In this document: one piece after another, positions 30,908 through 41,489 of the stretch
Position numbering within the stretch: the first letter of the stretch is position 1
How the letters are laid out: each line of letters starts with the position of its first letter
DNA from: an uncultured Planctomycetota bacterium
Lineage (GTDB): Bacteria; Planctomycetota; Planctomycetia; Isosphaerales; Isosphaeraceae
Assembly: GCA_963823665.1 (NCBI GenBank)
Contig: CAWGMQ010000004.1
Coordinates: 96,001 to 160,000, forward strand
DNA: 64,000 bases
Direction of reading: 5' to 3'
Translations under genes and position numbers: made by a program
The notes under the pieces: generated by a model
What the model was told of the DNA's origin: nothing
Databases searched by the model: none
Seen by the model: the letters and a program-made list of their open reading frames with translations, nothing else

Positions 30908-32478
30908 TAAGAGGGCAGCTACGTCGAGGCCGAACGTCTGCTGAGGCTGGCGCTGGCTGAGGTGGAGCGATCGGGAAAGGACGACGCCAGCACGGCTGAG
31001 GTAGCCGACTACCTGGCAAGGCTACTAACGGACCTGGCGAAATTCGATGAGGCCGAGTCACTCGCCAAACGAGCCTTGAGAATCAACGAAGCCGCGCTTG
31101 GACCGAACAGCCGCGAAGTCGCCAGCAATTTCGATACGCTGGGCTCGCTCTGTGACCGACTGGGCCGGAACGCCGAGTCCAAAGCGAATTATCGGCGGGC
31201 ACTGGCCATCGTCCTCGCGCTTCCGGACGCGGATGTCGATGACCTCGCCGGAGCAGAGCAGAATCTCGGCAGTCTGCTCAGTAAAGTTCGTAAGCTTGAG
31301 GAAGCCGAGAAGCTTACCCGGCGGGCGCTCGAGCGCTGGGAGGAAGCCTTTGGGCCCGACGACGAGCATGTGGCGAGAACGTTGAACAACCTGGCGATCG
31401 TTTACCACAGGAGTGACCGGCTTTCTGATGCCGAGACTTCGTATCGACGGTCATGCGCCATTCTGGAGAAATCGCTGGGGCCGAAGCATCCGCTGGTCGC
31501 CACGAGTCTGCACAACCTGGGATTCGTTCTCAAGAAAATGGGGCGGTACGACGAGACGGAGCGAGTTCTGAAGCGATCAATGGCGATTCGCGAGGGCCTT
31601 GCCGGAAACCATGCGCTCGAGATCGCGGACAGCAATGATAATCTGGGCGGGCTCCGATTCCGGCAGGGGCGCTATGTCGAGGCTGATTCACTCTCGCGCA
31701 GGGCACTTGCCGTCTATGAAAAACTCTTGTGGCCGGACCACGACTACGTCGCGAGCACTCTCGTCGACATTGCCCGCATTTCCAACGCCCTCGATCGGTT
31801 CGCCGAGGCTGAACCGCTCGCGAAACGGGCGCTCGCGAGCAAACGAAAGAACGGCGGCGATCTCGCGGAGGCGATGGTCACGCTGGCCGATTGCTACATC
31901 GGACTGAAGAAACCGGCGGAGGCGGAGGGACTCTTGAAGAATGCTCTCGAGATCGACACGAAAACGCACGGCAGCGAAACCAGCGAGGTGGCTGATTCGC
32001 TGATCCGATTGGGGGTAATCGACCGAGATGCTGGCCGATTCGACGACAGTCAATCGAAGCTGAGGCGGGCGCTGACAATTCGCGAGCGACGCGGCAAAGT
32101 GCACCCGGACGTCGCGGCAGTTCTGCTGGAGCTGGCTGAGCTCGATCAGGCGCGCGGAGACAACGCTCTGGCCGAGTCAGAATATGAACGGGCTCTCTCG
32201 ATCTGGGCAAAGGCCGGCTTGCCCGAGCATCCGCACGTCGCCAAGATCCTGACGAGCTATGCCAAATTGCTGCGGCGGCTGGGGCGAACAGCGAAGGCAC
32301 GCGAGATGGAGACGGAAGCCGAGGGGATCCGCGCGAAAATGCTCGCCGAAGCTGTCAAGAAGTCGGCTTCGTGAAGATAGGACGTGGAGTCTGTTCTGAT
32401 GGAGTCATTCTATCCGGTGCGAAGGTGTTTGCGACACGACCGGAGGACCATTGGAGGGCCCGCGGCGACAAAGTCGCA

Positions 32479-33210
32479 TCAGCGACCGATTTCGACACCT
32501 GGCAGAAATCGTTTTAGCTGATCGATTCCGGCCTTGGTGACACGAGTGTCCTTCAGATGGGCCAAGCCGGTGTCGGTAACTTGGGTCCTTGGAAGTCGGA
32601 GCTCCGTCAGCTTGGTCAGTCCCTCCAGGTTGGCCAGGCCGGCGTCGGTGATGGCGCGACCCTCAAGAATCGTGAGCTTCGTTAGCTTGGTCATGCCTTT
32701 TAGATTGTTCAGGTCGCTATCTGTGAACATCGCATCACCGGAGTAGAGCTCGGTGAGCTCCCTCAGGCCTTTCAGATGCTTCAGGCTGGCCTTGTTATCG
32801 GGCGAATGATTGAAGCGGAATTGCTGCAATCGCGTGAGACGCCCGATGTGTGCGAGTGTCGTTTCGTCGGGGTTTCTGAGTGATACCGACGTGACGTGGC
32901 CGAAGTAGTCGATGCCGATGAGGTCGATGAGTCGCTGCGGTGCCCAAGGTTTGCCCGGCGAAATGAAGCGATCGTCGTTCCAGGTCCAGTCGTAGTACAC
33001 GCTGCCGCCGGCGTGCTCGATCGCCACCACGGCCTGGCGCTGGACTCGAGCGCTGTGGACCACGAATCCAACACCGCCGCCGATGACGAGCACAAGGACA
33101 ATCAGACCGCGAAGGCTGAAACGCAAAAAGCGACGTCCTGAAATGGTGGCGGTCAGGAGCTGGCCGAGGCCGCCGGTATCATGAACGCGCGTGGTCGAAG
33201 CTGCGGTCAT
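32479..33210 (-). CDS. Membrane-anchored LRR protein (paralog 2, about 4-5 repeats)
   Basis: RRFLRFSLRGLIVLVLVIGGG, GKPWAP and GIDYFGHVT, then LRRs; the last repeat is truncated in frame (HLK|DTRVT). Confidence 0.9.
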   Translation of the reverse strand: MTAASTTRVHDTGGLGQLLTATISGRRFLRFSLRGLIVLVLVIGGGVGFVVHSARVQRQAVVAIEHAGGSVYYDWTWNDDRFISPGKPWAPQRLIDLIGIDYFGHVTSVSLRNPDETTLAHIGRLTRLQQFRFNHSPDNKASLKHLKGLRELTELYSGDAMFTDSDLNNLKGMTKLTKLTILEGRAITDAGLANLEGLTKLTELRLPRTQVTDTGLAHLKDTRVTKAGIDQLKRFLPGVEIGR

Positions 33211-33246
33211 GCCGTCAGTGTACTCGTGGCTTCGACGCGTGGAGAA
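33211..33246 (-). promoter_or_regulatory. Putative leaderless promoter: TACACT 6 nt before ATG; second copy at 36056-36091
   Basis: Minus strand reads cgagTACACTgacggcATG here and cgagTACACTgatcgcATG at 36055; no SD in either. Confidence 0.55.
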
Positions 33247-33368
33247 GGGGAGAACGTGGAACGGCCTGGATTCGGCTTCAGCTCCTATCGCCCTAGCTGG
33301 GCTGGCGACGAGTGATGCCAAGTCGTTCAGGGTCGATTCTGACGGGCACCGTTGCGGTGTTGCACGAG

Positions 33369-34716
33369 TTACGGAGCCACTTCCACGTGCAGTTTCGGCA
33401 GGGCATCTCTGAGGTCTTGCAATCCAGCCTCGCTGATCTGCGACCTGGGTAGAGTCACGTTCTGCAAGGAACGAATTCCCTTCAGGTGGGGCAATCCGGC
33501 GTCGGTGACCTTGGTCTCCGCGAGGCCGAGTGACTGGAGCTTATTTAGTGCTTTCAGGTGTTCGAGGCCTCGGTCGCTCACCTGGGTCGAATAAAGTTCG
33601 AGAATTCGAAGGCTGCTAAGACCCTTCAGGTGCGCGAGACCTGAATCCGTGATTTTAGTCGAGTCTAGACAGAGCATATCAAGATTGCGGAGTTGCCCTA
33701 CTTCGACCAGGCCGTCGTCTGTGAACTTGCTGTCGCTGAGCGAAAGAAACTCGAGTTTATTGAGGGGCTTGAGTTGCGAGAAGCCTGCGCCGGTGATGGA
33801 GGTGTTTATCAGGGAAAGTGACCTCAGCTTGGTCAGTCCTGTCAGCCCGGCCAGGCCCGAGTCGGTGATTCGCTCCTCGTCGATCAGCGTGAGCTCTTCG
33901 AGATTGGCCAGTGACTTGAGATGGCACAGGCCCACGTCAGTGAGCGCTCTGCCGTCGAGCGCCAACTTGCGGAGCGATGTGAGCGCTGCGAGGCGCTGCA
34001 ATCGTGAGTCGGTGATCTTGGTTCCGATGAGTTCGAGGTGTTCGAGATGCGGTAGCTGGCAAACGACCGTGATTCCCGCGTCTGTGATCTCGTTCCAGTC
34101 GAGGACGAGCATCTTGAGGTTTGTGAGAACCCTTCAGGTGGGCCAGCCCAGCGTCCGTTATTTGGGTGCGTTCAAGGTCGAGCTCTTCGAGTCGCGTCAA
34201 GCGGGTCAGGTGGGCGAGGCCCTCGTCTCCAATTGCGTTATCTGCGAGGCGAAGTTGGCGTAGGGAAGTTATTCGGCATAACTTGAGCAAGCCTTGATGA
34301 GTCAGACTCGATCTGGGAAGCTCGAGTCTCTCGAGTTGCGTCAATGCGGCGATCGCGTTCACGTTGGCGTCGGTCACGGGACGTCGGAAGCTGTAGAGCG
34401 TGACGCTTGTGACGTGGTGGAAAAAATCTATTCCGATTCGATCGATGAACCATTTCGGCACCCAGCTTCTGGCCGGTGGATTAATCCCGGCGAGCGAACG
34501 TGCGGATGGGCCGAGGGGCTTTCTCGGTTCCCAATCGTATTCGACGAAGGAGTCAGGTGAATCCGCGAGTGCCGCCACTGCGGCGCGCTGGATTCGGGCG
34601 CTGTGGACCACGTATCCGAGCCCGCCGCCGATGGCGAGGACGAGCACGATGAGCGTGCGCATGCTGATGCGCAGATGGCGGCGCCAGGAATTGGAGACTG
34701 TGTTGGACTGTGGCAT
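33369..34716 (-). CDS. Membrane-anchored LRR protein (paralog 3, about 13 repeats), frameshift near 34130
   Basis: ORFs 33937..34716 and 33369..34112 join as HLKGLTNLKMLVLDWNEITDAG. Confidence 0.88.
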
Positions 34717-34855
34717 TTCGGCCTGGTGAGGATGGGCGGTTGATGTTGCGCTCGTGAGATCATTCTAGCGGGTGCGGCGAAGCGGTGGGAGCGTTACAGA
34801 TTGGCGCTGTTCGTTGCGCGAGGGTTCTATGACGAAGATTCTTCAGTGCGGATAG

Positions 34856-34879
34856 GTTGGCGATCCCCAGATCGCCGAC
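34856..34879. repeat. REP-like hairpin GTTGGCGATC-CCCA-GATCGCCGAC
   Basis: 10-bp stem with one G-T pair, lying between LRR paralogs 4 and 3; could also act as a terminator. Confidence 0.45.
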
Positions 34880-34960
34880 TTTGGTACTGGAGGAGCAACC
34901 GGATTGTTTGACCGGGCGAGCCCGGAGCCGCGTCATTGTCTCTGGCGCGATGTTCGACGT

Positions 34961-36055
34961 TTACCGAATGATTTGTACGCCAGGCAGAGTCTGTTTTAGT
35001 TCCTCTATTTGAGTCTGAGCAGCCTTCGCGCCGTCGATCGAGAGAATCTGGAGGCTTCTCAGCCCCTTCAGATGGACCAAGCCTTGATCGCTAATCTGGG
35101 TATGTGCGAGGTTCAGCCACGAGAGGTATGTGACCCCTTTCAAATGCTCAATTCCGGCATCGGACACTCTCGTATCGTTGAGATCGATGAAAAACAGCCT
35201 CTTCAGTCCGCTCAAGTGGGCCAGGCCGGCGTCGGTGATCTTGGTGCGAGCGAGTTGGAGTTGCCGAAGGTTTTTGAGCGGCTTGACGTGGGCCAGCCCG
35301 GCGTCGGTGACACCTGTGTCGTTGATCAAGAGGTGCTCGAGGCTCGTCATACCCGCGAGATTCTCGAGCCCGGCGTCCGTGACTTTGGAGCCGCTCACGT
35401 CGAGAGTCCAAAGGGACAGCCCACTCAGATTTGCAATTCCGCGGTCGGTGAGTCTGGTGTTGGCGAGGAGAATCGTTCTGAGGCTACTTAGACCTTGCAG
35501 GTGCACCAATCCGGCTCCTGATAGCTGCGTGTTGCTGATTTCAAGGACGCTAAGCTTGGTCATTCCCTTGAGATGCACTAGCCCAGCGTCCGTGATCTGA
35601 CTGCCGTGAACCGCGAGGGTGGAAAGATTGGTCAACGCCTCGAGACGAGCGACTTGAGCGTCGGTCATGCTCGGGTCGACGACGTTCAAGGATTCCAGTT
35701 GTGTGAGGCGTGCGACCCGTGCGATCAGGGCATCGGTTCGCGGTCTTGTGCCTGGAAGGACGACGGCGATAACGTGATCGAAGTAGTCGATACCGAACGC
35801 GTTGACGAGCCACACTGGTGCCCAGTACGCCCGACTGTAGGAGACGCTTCCACCGGCGCCGGTAATCGCCGCCACTGCGTCGTGCTGAATTCGAGCGCTA
35901 CGCGCGAGCCAGCCGAGCCCGCCGCCGATCACGAGCAAAAGGAGGATCAGCCCGCGCATGCTGAACCGGAAATAGCGACGCCAGGTAGTGGTGACACGCG
36001 GGAACTGGCTGGGCACGGCGGTCTTATGATCGCTTGTGGTTGAAGTTGCAAACAT
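34961..36055 (-). CDS. Membrane-anchored LRR protein (paralog 4, about 10 repeats)
   Basis: WRRYFRFSMRGLILLLLVIGGGLGW, FGIDYFDHV and TDAGL repeats. Confidence 0.9.
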   Translation of the reverse strand: MFATSTTSDHKTAVPSQFPRVTTTWRRYFRFSMRGLILLLLVIGGGLGWLARSARIQHDAVAAITGAGGSVSYSRAYWAPVWLVNAFGIDYFDHVIAVVLPGTRPRTDALIARVARLTQLESLNVVDPSMTDAQVARLEALTNLSTLAVHGSQITDAGLVHLKGMTKLSVLEISNTQLSGAGLVHLQGLSSLRTILLANTRLTDRGIANLSGLSLWTLDVSGSKVTDAGLENLAGMTSLEHLLINDTGVTDAGLAHVKPLKNLRQLQLARTKITDAGLAHLSGLKRLFFIDLNDTRVSDAGIEHLKGVTYLSWLNLAHTQISDQGLVHLKGLRSLQILSIDGAKAAQTQIEELKQTLPGVQIIR

Positions 36056-36183
36056 GCGATCAGTGTACTCGGGACTGCGACGCAAGGAGAATGCGGCTCC
36101 TGGCCGAGTCAGCAAACGAGCGGGCTCTCTCGATCTCGATGCGAAAGGAGCACGACCGGAGGACGCTCGCCAATGGAGTCCTC

Positions 36184-37412
36184 TCAGTGAAGGACCTCCA
36201 CGCTGGGCAACAATCGCTTTAGCTTATCGATTCCGGCCTGGGTGACTCGAGTGTGCGCGAGGAATAGTATCTTGAGCTTGGTTAGCCCTTTCAAGTTTTC
36301 CAGACCGGCGTCCGAGACGTGTGTCTGGGTAAGGCCGAAGGCGGTGAGCTGAGTCATGCTGTTCAGATAGGCCAGGCCGGCGTCGGTTACTGGCGATCCA
36401 CTCAAGTCCAGGTATGTGAGCTTTGTCAAGCTCGTCAGATGCACCAGCCCGTGCCGGAGATCTTCGAATGGTTCAGAGCCAGCATGCTCAGGTTGCTGAG
36501 TCGCCGTAGATTGGCGAGACCGTCGTCGGTGATGTGTGCGTCCATAGGGACGAGTCTCCTGGGGCTGGTCAGCTCTCCAGGATGCGCCTGTCCGGCGTCG
36601 GTGATCTGATCGCTGGAGACTCGCAGCGATGTGAGACTGTTCAACGACGTCAGATGCGCTAGTATCGCATGGATGGCCGGCGCGCCGCCCAGGTAGAGTT
36701 CAGCGAGATTGGTTTGCCCCTCAAGATGCACCAGCCCGGCGTCGGTGACCCGTGTGCCGTCGATTTCGAGGATTGAAAGCTTTGTGAGCCCCTTCAGATG
36801 GGCCAAGCCCGCATCGGTGACCGGGGTCCTTGGAAGGCGGAGCTCCGTGAGCCTGACCATTCTCTTCAGATGGGCCAGGCCCGCGTCGGTGACACCGCCG
36901 GCCTGATAAATCGTGAGCCTCGTTAGCCTGGTCATATCCTTCAGATTGGCCATGTCGTCATCGGTGATTGTCCCGGAGCCGCTGTAGAGCCGGGTGAGTT
37001 CGCTCAGGCCTTTCAGTTGCTCGAGAGCGGCCGTGTTCTCGGGCCATCGACCGAAGCTGAATTGCTGCAATCCGGCCAGACGCCCAACGTGTGCGAGTGT
37101 CGCGTCGTCTGGCTTACTGAGCCGTACCGCCGTGACGTGGCCGAAGTAATCGATGCCGACGAAATCGATGAGTCGTCGCGGTGCCCAGGGTTTGCTTGGC
37201 GGAATGAAGCGATCGTGATTCCACGTCCAGTTGTAGTACACGGTACCGCCGATGCGCTCGATCGCGGCCACGGCTTGGCGCTGGACTCGGGCCTCGTGAA
37301 CCAGAAATCCGAGCCCGCAGCTAATGCAAAGGACAAGCACAATCAGAGCGCGCACGCTGAAGCGCACATAGCGGCGCCAGGAGAATCGGGTGCGTTGTGG
37401 TTCACCGGACAT
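36184..37412 (-). CDS. Membrane-anchored LRR protein (paralog 5, about 12 repeats), frameshift near 36450
   Basis: ORFs 36435..37436 and 36184..36444; WRRYVRFSVRALIVLVL; closest relative of paralog 2. Confidence 0.88.
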
Positions 37413-37742
37413 TCCGATGCCCTGAAGCAGGTGCATCTTGTGTTTTCTGATCGGGTCATTCTATCAGCGGCGAAGACGCCAGGGGATGCGTGACCGCGGG
37501 TTGGGTGTCACCCTCGCCAATCGGGCTCGATCAGGAGCACTTTTAGGTGATCAATAACGCGATCAACAGCACCAGCAAACGCCATATACGTTGTCGCATG
37601 GTTCAGAGTCCGGCCGGGCAGACCAAGTAGAGGGCAGGGGACTTGCTTGCTCCAGTTTATCTCGATGCGGCTTTACGGAGCAGATGGCGGATTCCGGCGG
37701 GGTCGAGGCGACGAGCGATCGCGAGGTAACGGGAATCCCGCA

Positions 37743-37764
37743 CTTTCGCGGAGCGAAAGGCGAC
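37743..37764. repeat. REP-like palindrome CTTTCGC-GGA-GCGAAAG-GCGAC
   Basis: Perfect 7-bp stem with a 3-nt loop just downstream of the 2OG oxygenase stop. Confidence 0.5.
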
Positions 37765-37773
37765 TTTTGGCCT

Positions 37774-38319
37774 TTAGCCCGAATACATCACATCGGTTCG
37801 CATTACATACTTGCGACCGCGCGAGATGACTGCGCCTTCATGGAAGAGGTGATGGGCGAAGAAGAGCGCTGTTCCCGTGGCCGGGCAGATGATGGCGTCT
37901 TCGAATCGCGTGTGGCCGCCGTCGAAGCCCTCGTTCAAGTAGACCATGAGCGTTAGCCGGCTCCGCTCGCCGCTCGGGCGTTCGAAGTATCCGTCTCGGT
38001 GCCATCGAAAGGTTTGGCCGAGATCGTAGCGATAGAAGCGAATCCGCTCGTTCACACCGATCGCACGATGACCGCCGAGCGTCGATGGAACGAACGGCGC
38101 GGCGCGATCCCAGATGAGCTGCGCGAGGCTCGGATCGTCAACCATCACTCGCGAATTGTTGCGAACATCCTTCATCATCACCTGCCCGAAGCTCGTGCTG
38201 ATCGGGGCATCGCCGAAGCCGCGTGCCTCGCTGAAGCGCACATAATTTTCGCACTCGGAGGGAGTGAGAAAACCGGAGACGGTGAAGATGTCGTCTGTGA
38301 TCCATTCGTAATCGGGCAT
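37774..38319 (-). CDS. 2OG-Fe(II) oxygenase (prolyl 4-hydroxylase-like)
   Basis: RFYRY...WHRDG (HxD), YLNEGFDGGHT, HEG and KYVMRTD. Confidence 0.92.
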   Translation of the reverse strand: MPDYEWITDDIFTVSGFLTPSECENYVRFSEARGFGDAPISTSFGQVMMKDVRNNSRVMVDDPSLAQLIWDRAAPFVPSTLGGHRAIGVNERIRFYRYDLGQTFRWHRDGYFERPSGERSRLTLMVYLNEGFDGGHTRFEDAIICPATGTALFFAHHLFHEGAVISRGRKYVMRTDVMYSG

Positions 38320-38489
38320 TGAGGGACTCACTTTCCGCGGGCGCTGCTGCTGTGATCAAGGTGTCTGGCGTTCGCATTCCCCGATCACGGCGCACGGTAT
38401 CGCAAGAAACCAGACGCACAATCGGGTATTGTGGTTCACCGGTAAACAGCACGCCTCGTGATCCCAAAGTTGATGATCTTCGCGTTCAA

Positions 38490-40145
38490 ATGAGTGCAGC
38501 GAGCTCCAGCCCGGAAGTCAAGCAGCGCAGTGCGCACGCCCGCGGGGCGCTGCCCGGCATCGTGTTCGCGTTGTTCGGTCTTGGTGCCATCACCGTTTTG
38601 ACGCCGCAGGTGGCGCGGGTGTATCCGGTCAGTTCGGATGATGCGACGGGCGTTCTCGAGGCCGATGCCGTCTTGCGCGGGAATATCCTCTTGCGCGGGT
38701 GGACGCTATCGAATGTCTCGTTCACCACCACAGATCTTCCTTTCTATATTGCCGGTGTCGCGATGAACGGCATGCGGCCATCGCTGCTTCGCGATGTACC
38801 CGTGGCGGTATACGTGGCTGCGGTCGCACTGGGGACAGTGCTGGCCCGGGGGCGAAAGCGAGGCGGAGGAGCCATGCTGGGAATGGCGGCCGCGCTCGTG
38901 CTGCTTTGCCTTCCGGCGGGAGGGCTGGCGGAATTCGTGACCAAGGGATACATCCGTGTGGGCACGACGCTGGGGCTTTTTGGGGCGCTTGCCGCGCTCG
39001 ACGTGTCGGAGGGTAAGCGGGCTGGGGCAGGGAGGGTTGCGCTGTTCACATTCTTCTTGACGATGACGCTCGTCGCGGACTCGTTCGCGCTCGTCCTGGG
39101 CGTGTTGCCGGTGGTCTTGGTGAGCGCATTGGGGGCTCGCCGAGAGCGACCGTACGGAGCTCTGAACCTGTGGGCCGTTTCGCTCGCCGCGGTGGGCTCG
39201 GTGGCGGCGGCGCGCGGGATCTCGTGGTTGATTGAAATGCTTGGCGGGTATCGTGTCGTCCGGGCTGGCTTGCTGGAATTCCTTGCGTACCGTAACACGC
39301 TGTGGGTCGTCAGCCGGAATGTGCTGGCGCTTGGCGAGAATGTCTCAACCCTGTACCGCTGCGGTTTTCCCGTCGAATTCACCACATATTCCAGTGTGGT
39401 CGCGCTGGGCTGCTTGATCGGTCCGCTCTTTCTGTGCTGGGCGTTTTTCCGCGGGGCACCCGCGCTGGTTCGCGGCCGGCGATCCGGGGGCACTAGCCAC
39501 GCGGATTTCGTCGGGCATGTGTTGTGGTATTCGATGGTGCTTTGCGCAGCGGCCTATCTCGCGAGCAGCATTCCCAAGGATCGAGCGACGGCGCGCTACT
39601 TCGTTCCTTTCTTCCTCTCGGGCGCGGTTCTTATCGGGCGGGTGCTGGCGGATCGGGTTCGCGACATGCGACTTGCGGTCGTGGGAATGGCCGTCTTGGG
39701 GATCGCTTATGTCTTTACCGTCTGGGACGACCTGCGCAAGCCGGCAGCGGTGGACCACGCCTTCGAGCTTGCCGATGCGCTGGCGGAGCACGGGCTCAAG
39801 TACGGATACGGGCCTTTCTGGGATGCCTCGATCGTGACCGCGTCGAGTGGCGGCCGGGTTGCGGTCCGGCCGATTTTCGTCCGGCCGATTTCACCTGAGC
39901 GACACGGGATTGCGCCGCTGCCGTGGATGGCGGACGCGAGCTGGTTCAAAAACGAGCCGGGAACATTCGTTGTCATCGAGCCCGGCGCGGCGGCTCCCTA
40001 TCAGTTTGGCTTGGCGGAGTGGATTTGCACCGCGACGTTCGGGCCGACGACAGGACGATACGAGGTCGGGCCGTACGTCGTGCTGGTCTGGGACCGTGAT
40101 CTCCGGCCGCAGATTGACTTCACACCGCGTCGCTCTTCGAGGTGA
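38490..40145 (+). CDS. Polytopic membrane protein, putative GT-C fold glycosyltransferase
   Basis: About 11-12 TM segments, an acidic SSDD loop after TM1, GNILLRGWTLS, RYF and a soluble C-terminal domain (GLKYGYGPFWDAS). Confidence 0.55.
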   Translation: MSAASSSPEVKQRSAHARGALPGIVFALFGLGAITVLTPQVARVYPVSSDDATGVLEADAVLRGNILLRGWTLSNVSFTTTDLPFYIAGVAMNGMRPSLLRDVPVAVYVAAVALGTVLARGRKRGGGAMLGMAAALVLLCLPAGGLAEFVTKGYIRVGTTLGLFGALAALDVSEGKRAGAGRVALFTFFLTMTLVADSFALVLGVLPVVLVSALGARRERPYGALNLWAVSLAAVGSVAAARGISWLIEMLGGYRVVRAGLLEFLAYRNTLWVVSRNVLALGENVSTLYRCGFPVEFTTYSSVVALGCLIGPLFLCWAFFRGAPALVRGRRSGGTSHADFVGHVLWYSMVLCAAAYLASSIPKDRATARYFVPFFLSGAVLIGRVLADRVRDMRLAVVGMAVLGIAYVFTVWDDLRKPAAVDHAFELADALAEHGLKYGYGPFWDASIVTASSGGRVAVRPIFVRPISPERHGIAPLPWMADASWFKNEPGTFVVIEPGAAAPYQFGLAEWICTATFGPTTGRYEVGPYVVLVWDRDLRPQIDFTPRRSSR

Positions 40146-41488
40146 AGTGGAAGTCGTGGGCGCGGATCGCCGGGACGGTGAGCGCGAAGAATTCGCTGCC
40201 GGCGGGGATCGCGACGCTTGTCGCTTCGAGGTTCTTCGAGCAGATTCACCGGGCTCTCGTTGAACCGGAAGTTGTTCACCGGGTGAACGATCTTGCCGTT
40301 CTCGATCAGCCAGACGCCGTCGCGGGTGAGGCCGGTGACCATCACGTTCTGCGGGTTCACCGAGCGGATGTACCAGAACCGCGTGACCAGCAATGCCCGC
40401 GGGGTCTCGGCGATCAGGGCTTCGAGCGACTTGTCCGAGCCTTCCAGGATCATGCCGCCGGAGAGCGGCACGGGCTCGACGTTGGTCTTCTTGGCCCAGT
40501 AGCGGTCGACCGCGAGCGTCTTCACGACACCGTTTTCGATCCAGGTGGTTTTGCGGGCCGGCAGCCCGCCGCCGCCGCCGAACCGGCCGCCACCGCCGCC
40601 CCGCCCGCCGCCGCCGGTCCAGGGCGTGCCCGGGTTGCGCGGGTTGAACGGGTCGGAGCGAAGCGTGACACCGTCGGCGAAGAGCTTTTCACCCAGGCGC
40701 GTGCCGCCGCCGGGCTTCGACAAGAAGCTGCGGCCCTCGTCGGCGTTGCGGGCGTTCAGCGAGAAGAAGCAGAAACGTCAGCAGGTCGGCGACCGCCTCG
40801 GGCTCGAGGATCACGGTGTACGCACCCGGGGGCAGCTCCGCGGCTTTGCCGACGACTCGGCCTTTTTCGCAGCACGCTCGGCGAGGGCGGACGCCTGAAG
40901 ATCGGCGAGCCGCGGAGACGCCGATCGCGCGTAGCCCGAGCCGGTGCCGTCGGCCGTGCGCATCGTGGTCGAGTATTCGGCGAACGATGCGCGGTGGAAG
41001 CCGAAGTTGCCTTTCTTGTTGGCGATGGCCAGCCAGCGGGCGCCGGTCTCGAAGAAGCCGGAGCCGTTCAGGCCCTTTCCGCGGGCCAGTTCCAGGGCCG
41101 CCTTGACGCCGTCGCGGCGCTCGACCGGGCCGGCGGCCGCGGTGGCGTCGTCGAACGCGGGGATCGTGGGATAGTCTGCGGCGGCAAGCTCTCGACCTGC
41201 TCGGGGTCAGGCTGCGCGGCGGCCATCAGCGCCTCGCTACGGGCGACGGCTTCGCGCAGCAAGCGAATCGTCGAGCTCGTCGGTCGTGGTCGAGCCGCTC
41301 TTGCCGCCGTCGCGGCTGGTGATCGCGACCGAGACGTCGCGGACCATGCCGGCGGTGGTGATCTCATTGGCGGCGAACCGGGTGTGGCCGGTCTGCGAGA
41401 GCCGCAGGGATACCTCGCATTCGGGCGCCTTGGAGAAGGAGAGGATCCTTTCGGCGAGCGCTTTGGCCTGGTCGCTGGTCCAGCTCAT
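40120..41488 (-). CDS. TldE/PmbA family protein, several frameshifts
   Basis: TRFAANEITT, RALLVTRFWYIR, TGLTRDG, PVNNFRFNESP and FHFTSKSDAV; directly follows the tldD-like gene. Confidence 0.88.
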
Positions 41489-41489
41489 C

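Larger units (their letters stand above)
29118..32374 (+). pseudogene. Exported TPR protein (kinesin-light-chain-like repeats) interrupted by an IS; 5' part 29118-29240, 3' part 30911-32374
   Basis: The signal peptide and first TPR helix (...AGYDAH) left of the IS continue in frame as EGSYVEAERLL right of it; 42-aa TPRs of the HPLVATSLHNLG type. Confidence 0.85.

Noticed and set aside
40560..40620. (GCC)n-like low-complexity tract as a DNA repeat element
   Set aside because: It encodes an in-frame Gly-rich loop of TldE.
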